Below the pieces are notes generated by a model. The model was given only the letters and a program-made list of their open reading frames with translations, did not search any database and was not told the origin of the DNA. Source: Microthyrium microscopicum (Eukaryota). From it: a stretch of DNA of 64,000 bases. Position numbers and translations under genes: made by a program. The stretch lies in NCBI GenBank assembly GCA_010405405.1, contig MU004231.1:2123860-2187859 (forward strand), written 5' to 3'. Below, in pieces: positions 27,136-42,814 of this stretch; within the stretch, counting starts at the first letter, position 1; every line of letters starts with the position of its first letter.

Positions 27136-28139
27136 AGCTTTATTTAATAGGTCGCGTTAAGGAAGCTTCTAATATAATAGTCTATAATTAGTAATATAAT
27201 AGTATATAATTATAGAGTTTAAAGTATAAAGTTAAGTATAGTAGTTTTAAGATATAGATAGTTATTTAGTAGTATAATTAGTAAATCTAGTAAAATAAGC
27301 TTGTCTAAACGTAGATTAATAAACTAGTATATAAATATAGCAATTTTAAGATATAGATAGTTATCTAGTAGTATAATTAACAAATCTAGTAGAATAGACT
27401 TATCTAGACGTAGATTAATAGACTACATATAGTATATAAGCATAGTAGTTTTAAGATATAGGTAGTTATCTAGTAGTATTATTAGCAATTCTAATAGAAT
27501 AGGTTTATCTATACTAGATATAGTATCTTTAGTAGTTTAGGTAGAATAGGCTTATTTATATATAGATTAATAAATTTATAGATATACTAACTATTACCTC
27601 TACTAGGAAGCTAAATACTATAACCCTTTAGTTTAGTAATAGTAGTAATATTTAAGGTAGTAATAAGAATAATAGGTAGTTTAGTAATAGTAGTAATATT
27701 TAGAGTAGTAATAGGAATAATAAGTAGTTTAGTAAGTTAGCTTAAGCTCTTTAAGATAGTAGTATCAATAGTCTCCTCGTATTATTAAAAGACTTAGAGG
27801 AGCTAAGAACGTATAGTTAATCTAGATGTAGTATTATTAGTAACTTAGGTAGAATAAGCTTATCTATACCTAAATTAATAAATTCCTAGATTAAGAATAG
27901 ATATATAGTATTTAATATTATTAATTTAAATATAATATTATTAGCAATTTAGGTATAATAAGCTTATTTATACCTAGATTAATAAATTCCTAAATACTAA
28001 GAATAGAAGCTTAACGTTTAATATTATTAATCTAGATATCCTAGTTAGTATGTATTTTTAAAATATAGCTAGCCTAGGCTTAGATTATTAGTATTAAGGT
28101 CCCTTTCTAGTACTAGTATGCCTAGTAACTATAGTAGCA

Positions 28140-28630
28140 ATACTATAGCTTTAGAAGATATATAATATTTAATATTATTATCCTAGATATCCTAGTCTGC
28201 TTATTTCTTAAGAAAATAGGTAAATCTAGCTAGCTTCCTAAATAGTATAGATAGGCTTAGCTTATCTATATTAAGGTCTATTCCTAGTACTAGTATATTT
28301 AGCAGATGCTATAGCTTTAGGAGATACGTAACGTTTAATATTATTAATCTAAATATCCTAGTCTACTTATTTCTTAAGAAAATAGGCAAATCTAGCTAGC
28401 TTCCTAAATAGTATAGATAAGCTTAGCTTATCTATATTAAGGTCTATTCCTAGTACTAGTATATTTAGTAGATGCTATAGCTTTAGGAAATACGTAATAT
28501 TTAATATTATTAATCTAGATATCCTAGTTTACTTATTTCTTAAGAAAATAGGTAGATTTAGCTAGCTTCCTAAATAGTATAGATAGACTTAGCTTATCTC
28601 TATTAAGGTCTATTCCTAGCACTAGTATAC
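28140..28630 (+). repeat. 166-bp tandem repeat, 3 near-identical copies
   Basis: 'ttatttcttaagaaaatagg' recurs at 28201, 28367 and 28533. Confidence 0.9.
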
Positions 28631-30789
28631 TAGCGTGCTTAGTAAATATAGAGAAGAAGCTATGCTATACCTACTATAAAAGTTATTAGAAAACTATATA
28701 GCTAGTAAGGAGAATATATAACTTAAATTATTAATTTATTAGTATTAAGGTCTATTCCTAGTACTAGTATATTTAGCAAATATAGTAGTAATGCTATAGT
28801 TTTAGCTAATAGATAAGAGTTATTAAAAAATTAGCCTAGACTATTAAGGTTTATTCCTAGCACTAGTATTCTTAATAAATAAGGAAAAACTATTACTATT
28901 AACTTACTTCTTTAGTAGTAATAGATATAAACTTATTAGTTTCTATTAAGCTAGTATTCCTTAAGAAACACGTATTTACTTCCTTAGATTCTCTATAACT
29001 TACGTATTATTAAATAAATTAATAAAAGAGTCTACTTTAGATCTAATAGATATTCTAGCTTTTATAGAATAGAGTAGTCTCTACTCTTCTAAGAATACTA
29101 AATCTAGTATATTCTATAGTTAGAGTTAAAATAGTAGCGCTAATTAGATCCTATAGTAATAAAGAAATTAACAATTATAGCGTATTAATATCTATAGTTA
29201 CTAGTATACTATAGTTTATTAATAACTTATCCTAATCCTATTATTAAGTACTTCTAATTACCTTTATTAGCTAGTTATATTTAGTATTACGCTAGCTTTT
29301 AAACTTTATATTAGGTAGTAATCTACTATTAATATAGATAAGGGTAATAATTATATTATAAAGCCTAACGTATTTACTCTTAGGTATTCTTATTTATACT
29401 TTAAGAGGACTAAGGGCCCTTAGAGATATCTTTTAAGGCTATGATTAAAAGGATAGCTATAGTATTTAGAGGGTCTAGCCTATTGCCCTACTTATTTAGG
29501 TTAAGCTACTAGTTTAGTTAGTAGAAGTAATAATAAATAGAAGAGAGAGAAAGACTTACTATTATTTACTTTTAGTAGCTTTATTAAATATATCTTCTAA
29601 TACTGCGATTAGAAGGGTAGCTATAGTATTTAGAGGATCTAAGCTATTACCCTACTAGTTAGGTTAATAGATATAATAATAAATAATAAAGAGAAGCTTA
29701 CTATTATTTTATTACTATTAGCATTAACGTCTAAGGTATCTTTTAATACTATAATTAGAAGAATAGCTATAGTATTTAAAGGATCTAGTCTATTGCCTAA
29801 CTAGTTTAGTTAGAAAAAATAGTAAATAAATAAATAGTAAAGGCAACTTACTATTAATAGAGGTAGCTTTTAATACTATAATTAGAAGAATAGCTATAGC
29901 ATTTAGAGGTAATTTAGTTAGCAATACTAGTTAGGTTAGTAGAAGTAATAATAAATAGTAAGAAGAAGCTTACTATTATCTAATTATCTATATAGTCTTC
30001 TAATATAGTAATTAATTTTTATTATAACTTAATTATATAGTATACTAGTAATATAGTAGCTTAAACTTTCTATAGCTATAAATCTTTATTAATAATTCTA
30101 AGTTTTATTAGACGCTAAGAAATCTTAGCATTTATAAAGTAGATAACGTTAGCTTTTAGGTCTAGGCCTCTATATTAATTAGAAGAGAAGTAGCCTTATC
30201 CCTTTACTCTACTAGTTTATTAGTAACGATAGTAATAAAGGGTAGTAAAAGGCCTACTATAATTTAACTACTAATTAGTTTTATTAAATTTTAGAGAAAT
30301 ATCTAGTCCTAGTAGTCACTAAGAGAGACTTAAAGCCTTATAGACTTTAGTATACTCTAAAGAAAACCTAAAATATAATTAGCTAGCAAAAAGGTTAAGT
30401 TAGATAATTAGCTTAAGAGGCACTAGCTAATCTATAGCTTTACTAACTATAAATAATTTAATACTATCTAAAAAACAAAAGTCTAAGTTTAGTTAAGTTT
30501 AATAATATAGAGTATTACCTTATTATATACCTAGCTTTTTATATAAAGCTAACCTAGTTTAAAAGAGTTAATAATCTTCTAAAGAAGCAATTAAAAAATA
30601 GTACTAAGGCTACTATATAATAGATAAATAGCCTTATATTAGTTAGCTATAATTAGAAATATATAGTATTTAATAAAGCTTTACTAAAATTAACTACTAG
30701 TAACTAGACTAAATAAAGATAATAGAAGTTAAGAACAAAGAGAAGACTTTACTTAGCATTGCTTATAATAACTACTAAAAGTACAATTA

Positions 30790-31100
30790 AGCGTTATACT
30801 CTAGTCGTTAGTTATTATTATTATTAATTACTACCTAGTGCTTCTAAATATAGTTTATAGTAATAACTAGTAAGGAAGCTTAGATATCTACTAAGGGTAT
30901 AGTTAGGCATTATACTCTAGTTATTAGTCATTATAGATTTATTATCATTATTAATTACCACTTAGCGCTTCTAAACGTAGTTTATAGTAGCGGCTAGTAA
31001 GGAAGCTTAGATATCTACTAAGGGTACAGTTAGGCATTATACTCTAGTCATTAGTTATTATTATTATTAATTACTACCTAGCGCTTCTAAACATAGTCTA
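30790..31100 (+). repeat. ~120-bp tandem repeat, about 2.6 copies
   Basis: 'ttatactctagt' at 30794, 30910 and 31037; copies differ by transitions (taataactag vs tagcggctag). Confidence 0.85.
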
Positions 31101-32749
31101 TAATAAATCTAAAGCTTATTAGATTATCTATAAGCCTAAAATTAGTAAGAAAAAGTATAAAAAGGGATATAAGTAGATTAAAGCAACTTATAAGTAGTTA
31201 GAGGCTATAATAGTAAAGTATTATATACTTTAGTAGTAACGTAAAACTTAAGCCTTCTTTAGTAATTTTAGTCTTTAAGAGTTACTTATATACCTAAAGT
31301 TTAAAAGGCTAGTAAGGCTAGTTAGTAAAATCCTAAAGTTTAATGTTAGTTACTTTAATATCCTATATTATTTATTAAGGTATATAGTATACATATCTCT
31401 TTTATATATAAGCTATAAAGTATAATATCCTTACTCTTTAAATATTTTACTAATAATATAATAGTAATCTTAATTACTTATGCCTTTATCTAAATTAGTA
31501 TTAATAAATTTTTAGATATAAATAAGATAGTATAGACTATTAAGAGTAAAGAGACTTACTAAGTATATATACTAGACTTATTATTATTATTTTTCTAGTT
31601 TATATAATCTTTCCTTACTAGTATTTCTTAATTTATTATAAAGTTAAAGTAGTCTAGTAGGACTAGCGTACTATTATTATACTAATTATAATAACTTAGA
31701 TATAAATTATTAATATAGTTATTATTATAATTATTATTATAGTTAATATTACAATAGTAATTTATATAATTATAGTAATTTATATACTCTAATTCCCTAA
31801 GTTATAGTCTTAATACTAAAAGGTTATAATATAATATAAGTCTTATATTACTTAAGAGTTTAGAAAGATATAAAGATAAGAGAGAGTAGTAAGAGAGAGA
31901 AAGAAAGATAGAGTTAAAGCTAAAATAATAATAAGAGGTACTATTCTACACTATAGCCTAATAATTACTAAAAATTTTATTCTTACCTATATCTAAATTA
32001 AAGCTTATAATTTTAGGAAGTTATGCTTACTCCTTATAATAATATAAGGCTATCTAGTATACTATTATAACCTAAAATAGAAAGTTTAGTTTATTTTACG
32101 CGTTTATTCTTTTACTATTATAAATAGTTAAGATTTCTAAGGCAAGCTACTTTAGTATATTTAATTTATAAACCTAAGAAGAATATAGCATCTACTTTAA
32201 TATTTAAATATTAAAATATTAAGTATTAGAAAAAGTTAATAGTAAATATAGGTTATATAGAAATATTTAATATTTAGTATTTATAAATCTAGGGTACATA
32301 TATATAGAAAGGAAATATTTCTAACCTAGACTATAGCTTTTATTATTCTAGTTAAAGCCTTTAAAGACAAATTAAGTAAGCTTAGCAAAATAGCTATATT
32401 TACTATATCTTATAGCGATTCCTAAGTACTATAATAGTTATATTAAATATTATATATTAAGTCCTTTATCCCTATGCCCTTAATATAAGATATAGTATAT
32501 ATAGCTATCTAATTATCTAAATTATAAAGAAAGTAGATATATAATACTTAAGTAACGTTATAGTACTTAAGTGCTATATAAATAACTAACAAGAAAGTTT
32601 AATTAAATAATAAGCTTAGGGAGTACTAGCTAATTAATTAACTTACTAATTATAAAAAGATCTAGGTAGTCTAATATAATATAATCTATATTTAGTTAAG
32701 AATAAGATAGTAAGTATATAAAGTTATATAGTTATGCTTCTTAATATAT

Positions 32750-33745
32750 TAGTAAAGCTAATCTTATTATAGCTAGAGAGAATCTACTATATAGTTTAAA
32801 TGTAGTTATTAATAGTACTATTAGTAGAGATTTTAACCATCTAAACAAAGTTAGTAGTAGCTTACTTAGTAAAGCTAATTAGCTTTAAAGGGTAGTCTTT
32901 AGCCTTATTATAGCTAGAGAGAATCTACTATATAAATTAAACGTAGTTATTAATAGTACTATTAGTAGAGATTTTGACTATTTAAACAAAGTTAGTAGTA
33001 ACCTACGCTTAGTAAAGCTAATTAGTTCTAAAGGGGTAGTTTTTAGCCTTATTATAGCTAGAAAGAATCTACTATATAGATTAAACGTAGATATTAATAG
33101 TGCTATTAGTAAAGGTTTTAACTATCTAAGCAAAGTCAGCAGTAGCTTATAGCAAACAGCCTAGCTTATCGTAAGACTATTACTATTTATAATAAGTTAT
33201 AAAGATATATATATTAGTTATTAATAGATCTAGATAGTCTAATATAGTATAGTCTATATTTAGTTAAGGTTAGTAAGTATATAATATTATATAGTTATAC
33301 TTCTTAATATATTAGTAAAGCTAATTAGCTTTAAAGGAGCTAGTAATTAATAGCTAGGTAGAATTCTTAGCCTTATTATAGCTAAGGAGAATCTACTATA
33401 CAATTATGCTTCTTAACATTTTAGTAAAGCTAATTAGCTTTAAAGGAGCTAGTAATTAATAGCTAGGTATAATTTTTAGCCTTATTATAGCTAGAGAGAA
33501 CCTAATGCACAGTATAAAGGATAAATAGGCGTTATTTTAGTAAAGCTTAACTACTTAGCTTTAAGGGAGCTAATAATTAATAGCTAAGTATAATTTTTAG
33601 CCTTATTATAGCTAGAGAGAATCCACTATACGATGTAAAGAATAAATAAGCATCATTATAGTAAAGCTAATTAGCTTTGCAAGGCTCCTAGGTAGAATTT
33701 TTAGCCTTATTATAGCTAAACATGCTAGAGAGAATCCACTATATA
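32750..33745 (+). repeat. Degenerate ~110-130-bp repeat array, about 8 partial copies
   Basis: Recurrent 'agtaaagctaattagctttaaagg...tagccttattatagctagagagaatctacta'. Confidence 0.85.
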
Positions 33746-35623
33746 TACTATATATTAAAGGCTAATTACGCTTCTTAAAACGTAGAGATACCTAGTACTA
33801 GGTATACGTAAGAGTTAGTAGCTATAACTAAGGTAGTACGCAAGAAACTACTTTATATAAGTAAGTAAATATTATAAAATTAAGAGCTAGACATAATATA
33901 CTTACTACTAACTAAATTATAATAATAAACATAAACCTAATCTTAGCTTAAGGGTTATTATCGCTCTAATTCTATATATAAGTACCTAATAAGGAATACA
34001 ATACTACTATACGCGCTATAGTATATTATATTCTAATTATGCTATTAACTAACCTCTAAGTCCTTAGCAATAATAAGGAGTTACTATTTAGAGCTAATCT
34101 AGCTTCTACTTCTCTATTAACAAACTTAGCATATTAGGTACTATATATAGTATAATATTTAAAATCTACTATATATATATATAAGTCTTTTATATAGCAT
34201 AAGTAGCAACTTCTAATATATACTATAAGCAATTAATTATAAAGTATAGTTACATAAGAAGGAATAATAAAGTATAGTACTATAATATAGTAAAGAACTT
34301 AGATAGTACAAGGCCTAGATAGTAGAAAGAAAACATTAAACTTTAAAAAAGATAAAATTCTTTACTAAGGCTAACTACTACTTTAGACTTCCTAAAATAG
34401 TAAGTCTAGAAATAATCTATATACATAGACCTAGAAGGGCTAAGCTTAGGTCTTTAGCTTTTGCTATAAACCCTATATATAAGCTATATATAAGAGACGC
34501 TTTAGAAATTAATATAACTATAATACCTATAAGGATATAAAAATTATATAACGCCTTTTTCTTTAGTAGCTACTTTTCTATCTAGTATAATAATACGCTT
34601 TCTACTAAGCTTATTTAAGTAGTTAAAAGATAATAGCCTAGTCCTAAACTTGTGCTATTAAGCCTTAAGGCTTATAGGTATTAATAACATAGGTAGACTA
34701 ACTATAAATATACTAAGACTAGTAGCCCTAGATAGGTACTATTATACCTATAGTAATATAGATAGTAATAATACAAGTATAAGGACAAGATAATAACAAA
34801 ATACTAGTAATAGTAATAATACTAATATAACTTAACTACCCTCTTACCCTAATATCTATACAAATTACTATAATATATAATAACTTATATATAGAAGATC
34901 TTCTAACGCAATATAAGCAATCTATTACTCTTTATAGAATCGTAATAGAGTTCTAAACTATTAAAGTAGTAAGTAGTAATTACCTTAGTTGCCTTATTAG
35001 TAATCTTATAAATATATAGTTTATATTAAAAAGGAACTATATATATAGATTTAGGCTAGATAGTAGATAAACTAACAAATATACGTTTTATTAAGTCCTT
35101 CTTAATTTTATATATAAAGTAGTTAAGGAACTTATTAGTCTCTAGTGCTTTAATAGTTAGATTAATAAGCACGAAGAGATATATCTTACCTATATCTTCT
35201 AAAAACTTGTACTCTAAGATTTAATCTATATAACTAACGTTACTATTGCTACTATACTAGATAAAGGCGTTATAATTAATAATAAAGCAATTTTTAGTAT
35301 TTTTAGTAATATATTAGCGCTATAGTATATATATAATTAGAATAATAATAACTTACTTATTAGTAAATAAAAAGGATTTATACTACTTTATAATATTAGA
35401 ACTAAGCATAGTTACGCTAACGTTATAGTACTAGCAAAGAGTAGTATAAAGATTATATATAAAATTATTAGTATAGGTAAAATCCTTACTACTATAATAG
35501 ATTAGTAACTATAAGGTCTTTTTATAGTACTTAACCTTAATACGTTACTAAGTATAAACCTAAGTATAATCTCTAAAGTCTAATAATAAAGTACTTATAA
35601 TAACTATATAGTTATTATTATTA

Positions 35624-35913
35624 NNNNNNNNNNNNNNNNNNNNNNNNNNNNNNNNNNNNNNNNNNNNNNNNNNNNNNNNNNNNNNNNNNNNNNNNNNNNN
35701 NNNNNNNNNNNNNNNNNNNNNNNNNNNNNNNNNNNNNNNNNNNNNNNNNNNNNNNNNNNNNNNNNNNNNNNNNNNNNNNNNNNNNNNNNNNNNNNNNNNN
35801 NNNNNNNNNNNNNNNNNNNNNNNNNNNNNNNNNNNNNNNNNNNNNNNNNNNNNNNNNNNNNNNNNNNNNNNNNNNNNNNNNNNNNNNNNNNNNNNNNNNN
35901 NNNNNNNNNNNNN
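35624..35913. other. Assembly gap (N run)
   Basis: Run of N. Confidence 1.
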
Positions 35914-37049
35914 ATATTATTAATATCTTTAAAGTTATCTATATCTATAAAGCTATCTAGTTAAGTTAAGCCTATTACTTAAGTTATTTTTATTATCTAG
36001 TTATAGAGCGTATTAAATATAATATTTATAGTTAGGATAGTATAACGTAGAATAACTACTAGAGTAATACCTTTGCTTTTTATATTTAAGTAAGTAGTAA
36101 GAGTAGTAGCTTTATATAAATATTACTAACTAATATAAGCATTAGTAACGTAATAATTAAATATATTATAATTATTAATACTTAGCTTCTTAGATATTAA
36201 TATAAGGTTAGATTATATTATTAGGTTATAGAGAATAATTAGTATCTAAATTAGCCTATATAGACTCTTATTAGCCTATTTAGACTCTAGATCCTTTTTA
36301 AATTTACGCTAAATAACTATAAAGAATTATAATTAAATATAATTAGATTAAAGCTAAATACGTAAGAGAGTTAGGAATATAATAGACTATTAGGTATATT
36401 CTTATATACTATAGCTCTTAAGATAGGTTATAGGATTAGTTAAAGCACTAAAGCTAGTAGGAAATAGGAAAGACTATAAAATACTAGCGTATTTAAGTTT
36501 AGTAGCTAGTTATAAAACTCTCTTAAGAAAGAGTAAATATACTATCTTAGTAATTCTATTTAGATTCTAGTATATAGAATTAGATAGCTAAGTTAGAATT
36601 ATATTTAACGTAGGCATAAGATAGGGAATTAAGTTATTAGGACTTATATTAATATAGGTAGTATATATCTCTTTTACTACGCTAGATAGTAAAGTATTTA
36701 TAAAATCTTATATATATATAACTTTATAATAGAATTATTTATAATAAATTATATTAAAATAAGGATTAGTTTATTCTAATAAAGAGACTATATAATAATA
36801 ATAACTATAATTTACTTAATATAAGCGTATACTAGAATTCTTTTACTAAGTAAGTATATTACTAATAAAGTAAAATATAAATACGTAGAAAAACGTCTTT
36901 TTACCTTTAATAGTAATTATAATACTAGTATTAAGTTTACGTATTAGACCTTTAATAGTATTAACTATGTCTTTTATCTTACTTCTATAGGGTCCTAAAG
37001 TAACTAGTAGGATATTATAGACCTATATATATTTAGTAACTAGTAAGCT

Positions 37050-37389
37050 NNNNNNNNNNNNNNNNNNNNNNNNNNNNNNNNNNNNNNNNNNNNNNNNNNN
37101 NNNNNNNNNNNNNNNNNNNNNNNNNNNNNNNNNNNNNNNNNNNNNNNNNNNNNNNNNNNNNNNNNNNNNNNNNNNNNNNNNNNNNNNNNNNNNNNNNNNN
37201 NNNNNNNNNNNNNNNNNNNNNNNNNNNNNNNNNNNNNNNNNNNNNNNNNNNNNNNNNNNNNNNNNNNNNNNNNNNNNNNNNNNNNNNNNNNNNNNNNNNN
37301 NNNNNNNNNNNNNNNNNNNNNNNNNNNNNNNNNNNNNNNNNNNNNNNNNNNNNNNNNNNNNNNNNNNNNNNNNNNNNNNNNNNNNNNNN
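37050..37389. other. Assembly gap (N run)
   Basis: Run of N. Confidence 1.
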
Positions 37390-40300
37390 AAGCTTAGTTT
37401 TTAGAGATATAATTAACCTAATCCTTATATAAAACTAGTTCCTAACTCTTAATTATAAGAGAAGCTTTTAGATAGCTAAGTTAAATTAGTTTCTTCTTCT
37501 TATTAAATAGTATAAGTAGTAGGCTAGTCTTAGATAGTAACTTCTCCTTATTCTTACTATAGTAGTAACCTTTTTAAGCTTTAGTATATTATTTTTCTTT
37601 AAGCTTAGTAATTACCTTTTTATAAGTATTATTTATAGCTTTATACTTAGGAAATAAGTTAAACATACTAGAATTAAGGTTTTAATAATAACTATAGCGC
37701 TATACCTTAAGCATAACTAATCCTTTAGGGCTACTATACTTATACTTTTTATAGTAATTCTAACTAACTCTAATAATACGTCTAATATATAAAAACTTAG
37801 AAGTAGTATAATTTCTAAAGATATACTAGTTATATTACTTCTAAGGATTAGTATTATACTATTTATTATATTAGTAAAAGATAAATTTACTAAGTAAGAT
37901 TAGAGTTAGTAATACTTCTAGATATATAGAGTCTATAATATAAGTAAATTTACTAAATATTACTTAAATAGAAGTAGCCTAAGTATTACTATACTAAATC
38001 TTAGAAGGCTTATTATAGAATTCTACTATGCCTAGATAAAGATTACCTTTAAGCTATAGATAAGAAATAAAGTTAGTTAGAATTTAGATTAAGTTAAGGA
38101 TATAGACTTACTTAACTAGCTTTTTACCTAAGCTTTTCTCTCCTTCTAGTAAGGTTAGTACTTACGTAGAATTAAGAGTAATAGTTTACTTTTAGAATTA
38201 TAGATAATAAAAGTATTAGTTAAACTTTTACTTAAGAGTTACTAATAAAGTAGAAAAATCTTAAATATCTTTTAGTTTAGGATTAATAGAAAAGAGGATA
38301 CTATAAAAGACTTTATACTACTTTTAGAAGATAGATACAAATTAGTAAAATAAGGCTATTTTTAGTTAAAATAATAGTATAGTAATATTTCCTTTAGGTT
38401 ATAAGAGAGGCTTAGACTTATTATCTAGATTAAGAGTATTAAGTACTATACTTTAGTTAATATCTATAGTAATATCTAATAGTTTACTAGTACTAATATT
38501 AGTATTATCTTTAGAATTATTATTATTATTATCTATTTCTAGTATATTATCTACTTTAGGAAGTATATTTTAGATTACGTAGTTAGCTATCTAGGTAAGA
38601 GAGTTTATCTAATCTATATCTATTATATTTACGTTTTCTTCCTTATTTATATATTAGAGATTAGCTAGCTATAAAGTAAGCTCTTCTAAATCCTATATTC
38701 TATTAGGTACTATAAAGAATTAGATAGAGAGAGATACTTACTAACTTAATAATAAGAGGGCTTTTATCTTTAAATATAAAAGGTTTACCTTTATCTTAAG
38801 TAGATAGGCTAGCTTCTTCTTTATTACTAGAAGCAATACGTTAATATTTAACTAAAGAATAGGTTTACCTAAGTTAAAATAGTAGCTATATTAGATAAGT
38901 TAGTTAAACTATTAGAGGACGTTAAATACCTATATATTTAGATAATACCTAGCGTCCTTTAGAAGGATCCTTAAGCGCTATAGTATAAAGTAAAAAAGAT
39001 TATTTTATAATATAGGATTAGATTTAGAATTATAGATAGAATATAATTAAAGAAAAGTATAGTAGAGGGTAATAAAGGAAGAATAAAGGAGAAGAGGAAT
39101 AGGTTAAAAGGTTAAGTAGAAGCAAATTTATTTCTAAGCAACCTTAAAATAGTAAAATTTTACTTATACGTAGTATATATAGTACCTTATAACTATATAA
39201 AGTAATTCTAGGTAGTTATAATATAGGTATTTATCTTAGAAGGTTAGAAAATAATATCTTCGTAATAATATAATTACGTTAGTAGCTAAAGGTAAGGTAG
39301 TATCTAGTAAGTAAGCCTAATATTAGTAGGTATTAACCTAAGTAGTAATTACTATATAGTATATTATTTAAAGTCTATAGAAAGTAAGAGAATAATATAA
39401 GAATAAGGTATTATAATTATTAAGGTACTATAATTATTTAGGTACTACAATAATTATATTATTAGTATTATAAATAAGTATTAATTACTAATAGTAGATA
39501 CTAACCATAAGGTCTAAAAGGATATTAACTATAGGCAAGATGCTAATAAAATAATATTATACGTTATAATAGAGTCTATTAAAGAAAAAGGTTAATATAA
39601 ATAGAAGAGGTTAAAAGTATAAAAAATTATATTAAATACTATATAAATTTAACTATGTCTACCTTATAAGCTAAGCTTAATTATCTATAAATAGTATTAG
39701 TATAATAATCTAATATATAATAAGATATAAACTAGACTTAGTCTAACGTATAGTCTATAAAGAGCGTTAAGACAAAAACTATGTACTATAGCTATATAAA
39801 TATTATCTTTAGGATATTATTATAGGCTTAGGTAAGAATTATACTAAAGTAACTAAATATTAGTAAAAGCTTTAAATATATATACTAATTTATAAGTATA
39901 AGATATTACGTTATAAAGAAAAAGAAAGAGATAGAAAATAGAACGTAATATTAAATAGTAAGAGTATCTTAAGCTATTAACTTTATAACGCCTAGAATAA
40001 ATCTATAGTTTCCTAAAATAATTAATATACTATTTTTATTAATAATAGTCTTAAGTATTTATAGATAGATATAATAGGTATATTATTATACTTTAAATAA
40101 GAGTAGTATTAGTTTATAATACTTCTACTTTATACTAGCTACTATATACCTTAATTAGTCTTTAGTATATAGAATTTAAGCATACTAAGGTATATACTAT
40201 TAATATCTATATACTAAATAATAAGAAAATTATAGTTAAATAGAGTAATAGTAGTAAGTAGCTAGTAAGTAGACTAGTAATACTAGTAAGTTTAAAGCGC

Positions 40301-42814
40301 GTAGCTATAAAGGATACCTTTTAGTATTATTAATAGCGCTAGTTTTAGTAACGTAGTTACTAAACGTAAGCTTTATTATACTAATAAGAGTAAGTAAAAT
40401 ATATAGGACGCCTAAAGTCTTCTATAGGTTATTACTTAGTTATACGTAAGAGAGGATTATAGTAAATAAGTAAAGCTAGATAAATCTTACTATATAAGTT
40501 TAGGACGCAAATAAAGTTAAAGTAATAGAGCCTTATAGTATAAATATAGACTAATGCTTATTAACTATAATAGATAGGTTATTATAGTATATCTATAATT
40601 ATTTACCTAAATAAGAAATTAATACTTATCTTTATATATATAGTATAGCCTTATAGAGTTTAATTGCTAGACTAGTCTTTAAAAAATAGTCTTTAAGGCT
40701 AATATATATAATATATATAATATTAGTTTATATAAGTAGTAGTATATATTTTTAGATTTAGTTCTAATTATAAGTTATCTTTATAGAAGAACGTAACTAT
40801 TACTCTATATTATTTACTAAAGAAATAGTAGTAAAATTAAAGTAAGAAGCATCTAGCATAGGACTATTATATAAATGCTTATATATATATAGTATTAAAT
40901 TAATGCTATAATAGTAGAGTTACTTAATAGTAGTTTACTATTAATAAGCTTAAGGCTAATATTAGTTAGTTATTTAGTAACTAAAGATATATTAAGATAT
41001 TAGATTAAACCTATTAAAATAAACGTATAATAAATAGACTAAAGGCTAATAATAAGATAATAATCTAGTAATAAAATAAAGATATATATCTTTATCTAGG
41101 TTATATTTCTAGTCTTAAGATTAATAGAGGCTATAATACGTATAAGATAAAAGCAGATTATAGTAGTAAAAGTCTTTAGTAGGCCTTTATTATTACTAAT
41201 ATATTTCTTATGCTTAATAAAATAAATAAAGAGTAGAGTAGGGTAATGCCTAATAAAGGTATACTTTTAATAGGTATTATTAAGGCTTCTAAGCTTATTA
41301 TTTAATTAAACCTCTTTACTAGTTAATTATACTTTAACTCCTTTATAAATTATACTAAAGTTTATAAAACTCTAGGATTATTATAGTAAGCACCTATAAG
41401 TAGAGATATTACTATATAACTTAATAGATTTATTCTAAATAAATCTAGAACCTTTAAAAAGAGTCTAATTAAATTTCTCTCTATCCTAATAATAAAAGTC
41501 TATTATAATAGTAATAATACTAAAAAAATATATATAAGTAAGATACTAGATAGAGAGTTATTAGAGTAGTACAAATTTTTTAAAGAGTAAGTACTAAGGC
41601 TTATAAGAGAAGTAGATATATTAAGTTTACTACTAAAGTAAGTAGTAAAGTAGATATAATACTTAAAGTAAAGAAGATTATAGTAATATAAGCCTTCTAA
41701 TAGCTATTATTATTACTTATACTATATATTCTTAATAATATATAGAGAGTAAAGTAACTTAGCGCTTAGATAAGATTATAATAATTCTAGTACTATTAGA
41801 GTTTAGAGTATAGTAATAATATAGTATATAATAAGAGAAAGATATAATGCTAGTAGTAATATATAGTAGATTATAGTAATATAATATTTTAATAGCTATT
41901 TAAGTTGCCTTTATTCTTAATAAGATTTATAAGGGTAAATTAATAGACTTATAATAAAGTGGTATAAGTCTTCTATTAGTAGGTAGTAGTAGTAGTACTA
42001 ATAGTCTTCTTACTTAAATAGGTAGCAAGAGAAAAATATAATACTAATAGTAAAGTAGATTATAGTATTATAAGTCTTCTAATAGTCTTTAGTATTACTC
42101 TAACTTTTAATAGGTTATTTAAGAGTAGACTAAAAGAAAGGTTAGGTAGAAGTAGTATAAGTTTTTTATTAGTATATAGTAGTACTATTTTATATACTAA
42201 GAGAATATAAGTAGAAAGTACTAGCTATAAAAGAAAGCTAACTTTATAGTAAAGAGAAGTAATTAACTTCTTTAATAGTTAGAGTTATTAGCCTTAGTAC
42301 TAAACTAATATAGTATAGTAATAATAGAAAAGTAGGATAAGTATTAGTAAGCTTAAGTAGTAATCTTAGTATTAGAGGAATACTTATAAGATTAAGGCAA
42401 TATAATAAAAAAGTAAAGTAGTAGTATATATCTTTCTTTAAGCCCTTATTATTACTCTAAATACTTAGAGAATATAATTAAGAGTAAGGTAATGCTATAG
42501 CCTATAGTACTCTACTAGTAGGCTTATATAACTAAATATAGAAGGAGTATATCTATCTAAGACGTATTATTAATATATTAATATTATTTTAGTAGAGTAA
42601 GTAAGAAGTAACGTTTCTTACTTAATATCTTACTATATTAGAATATATAATAAGGAGATTACTAAGAGTAGCTAGCTATTAAGCTACTAAATTAAGAGAG
42701 CAATTAAAGAGTAGTATTATCTAACTATAAAAATAATAGATAGTAATAAGAGTAAATATAACTTAATTTACATAATAGATAAGTCTATAAATAAGAAGAA
42801 GCTAAGAAAGCCTA

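Noticed and set aside
26848..33745. Regularly spaced repeats resembling a CRISPR array
   Set aside because: Eukaryotic context, no unique spacers, long degenerate units and no cas genes.
35410..35460. cgttatagtactagcaaa could de-RIP to RYGAGK, reminiscent of a DUF3435 Starship captain motif
   Set aside because: Too short, flanking residues do not support it, and it lies mid-block rather than at an end; likely chance.
41660..42200. Weak ~95-190-bp periodicity suggesting RIPed ankyrin repeats
   Set aside because: I could not reconstruct a convincing ankyrin consensus by eye.
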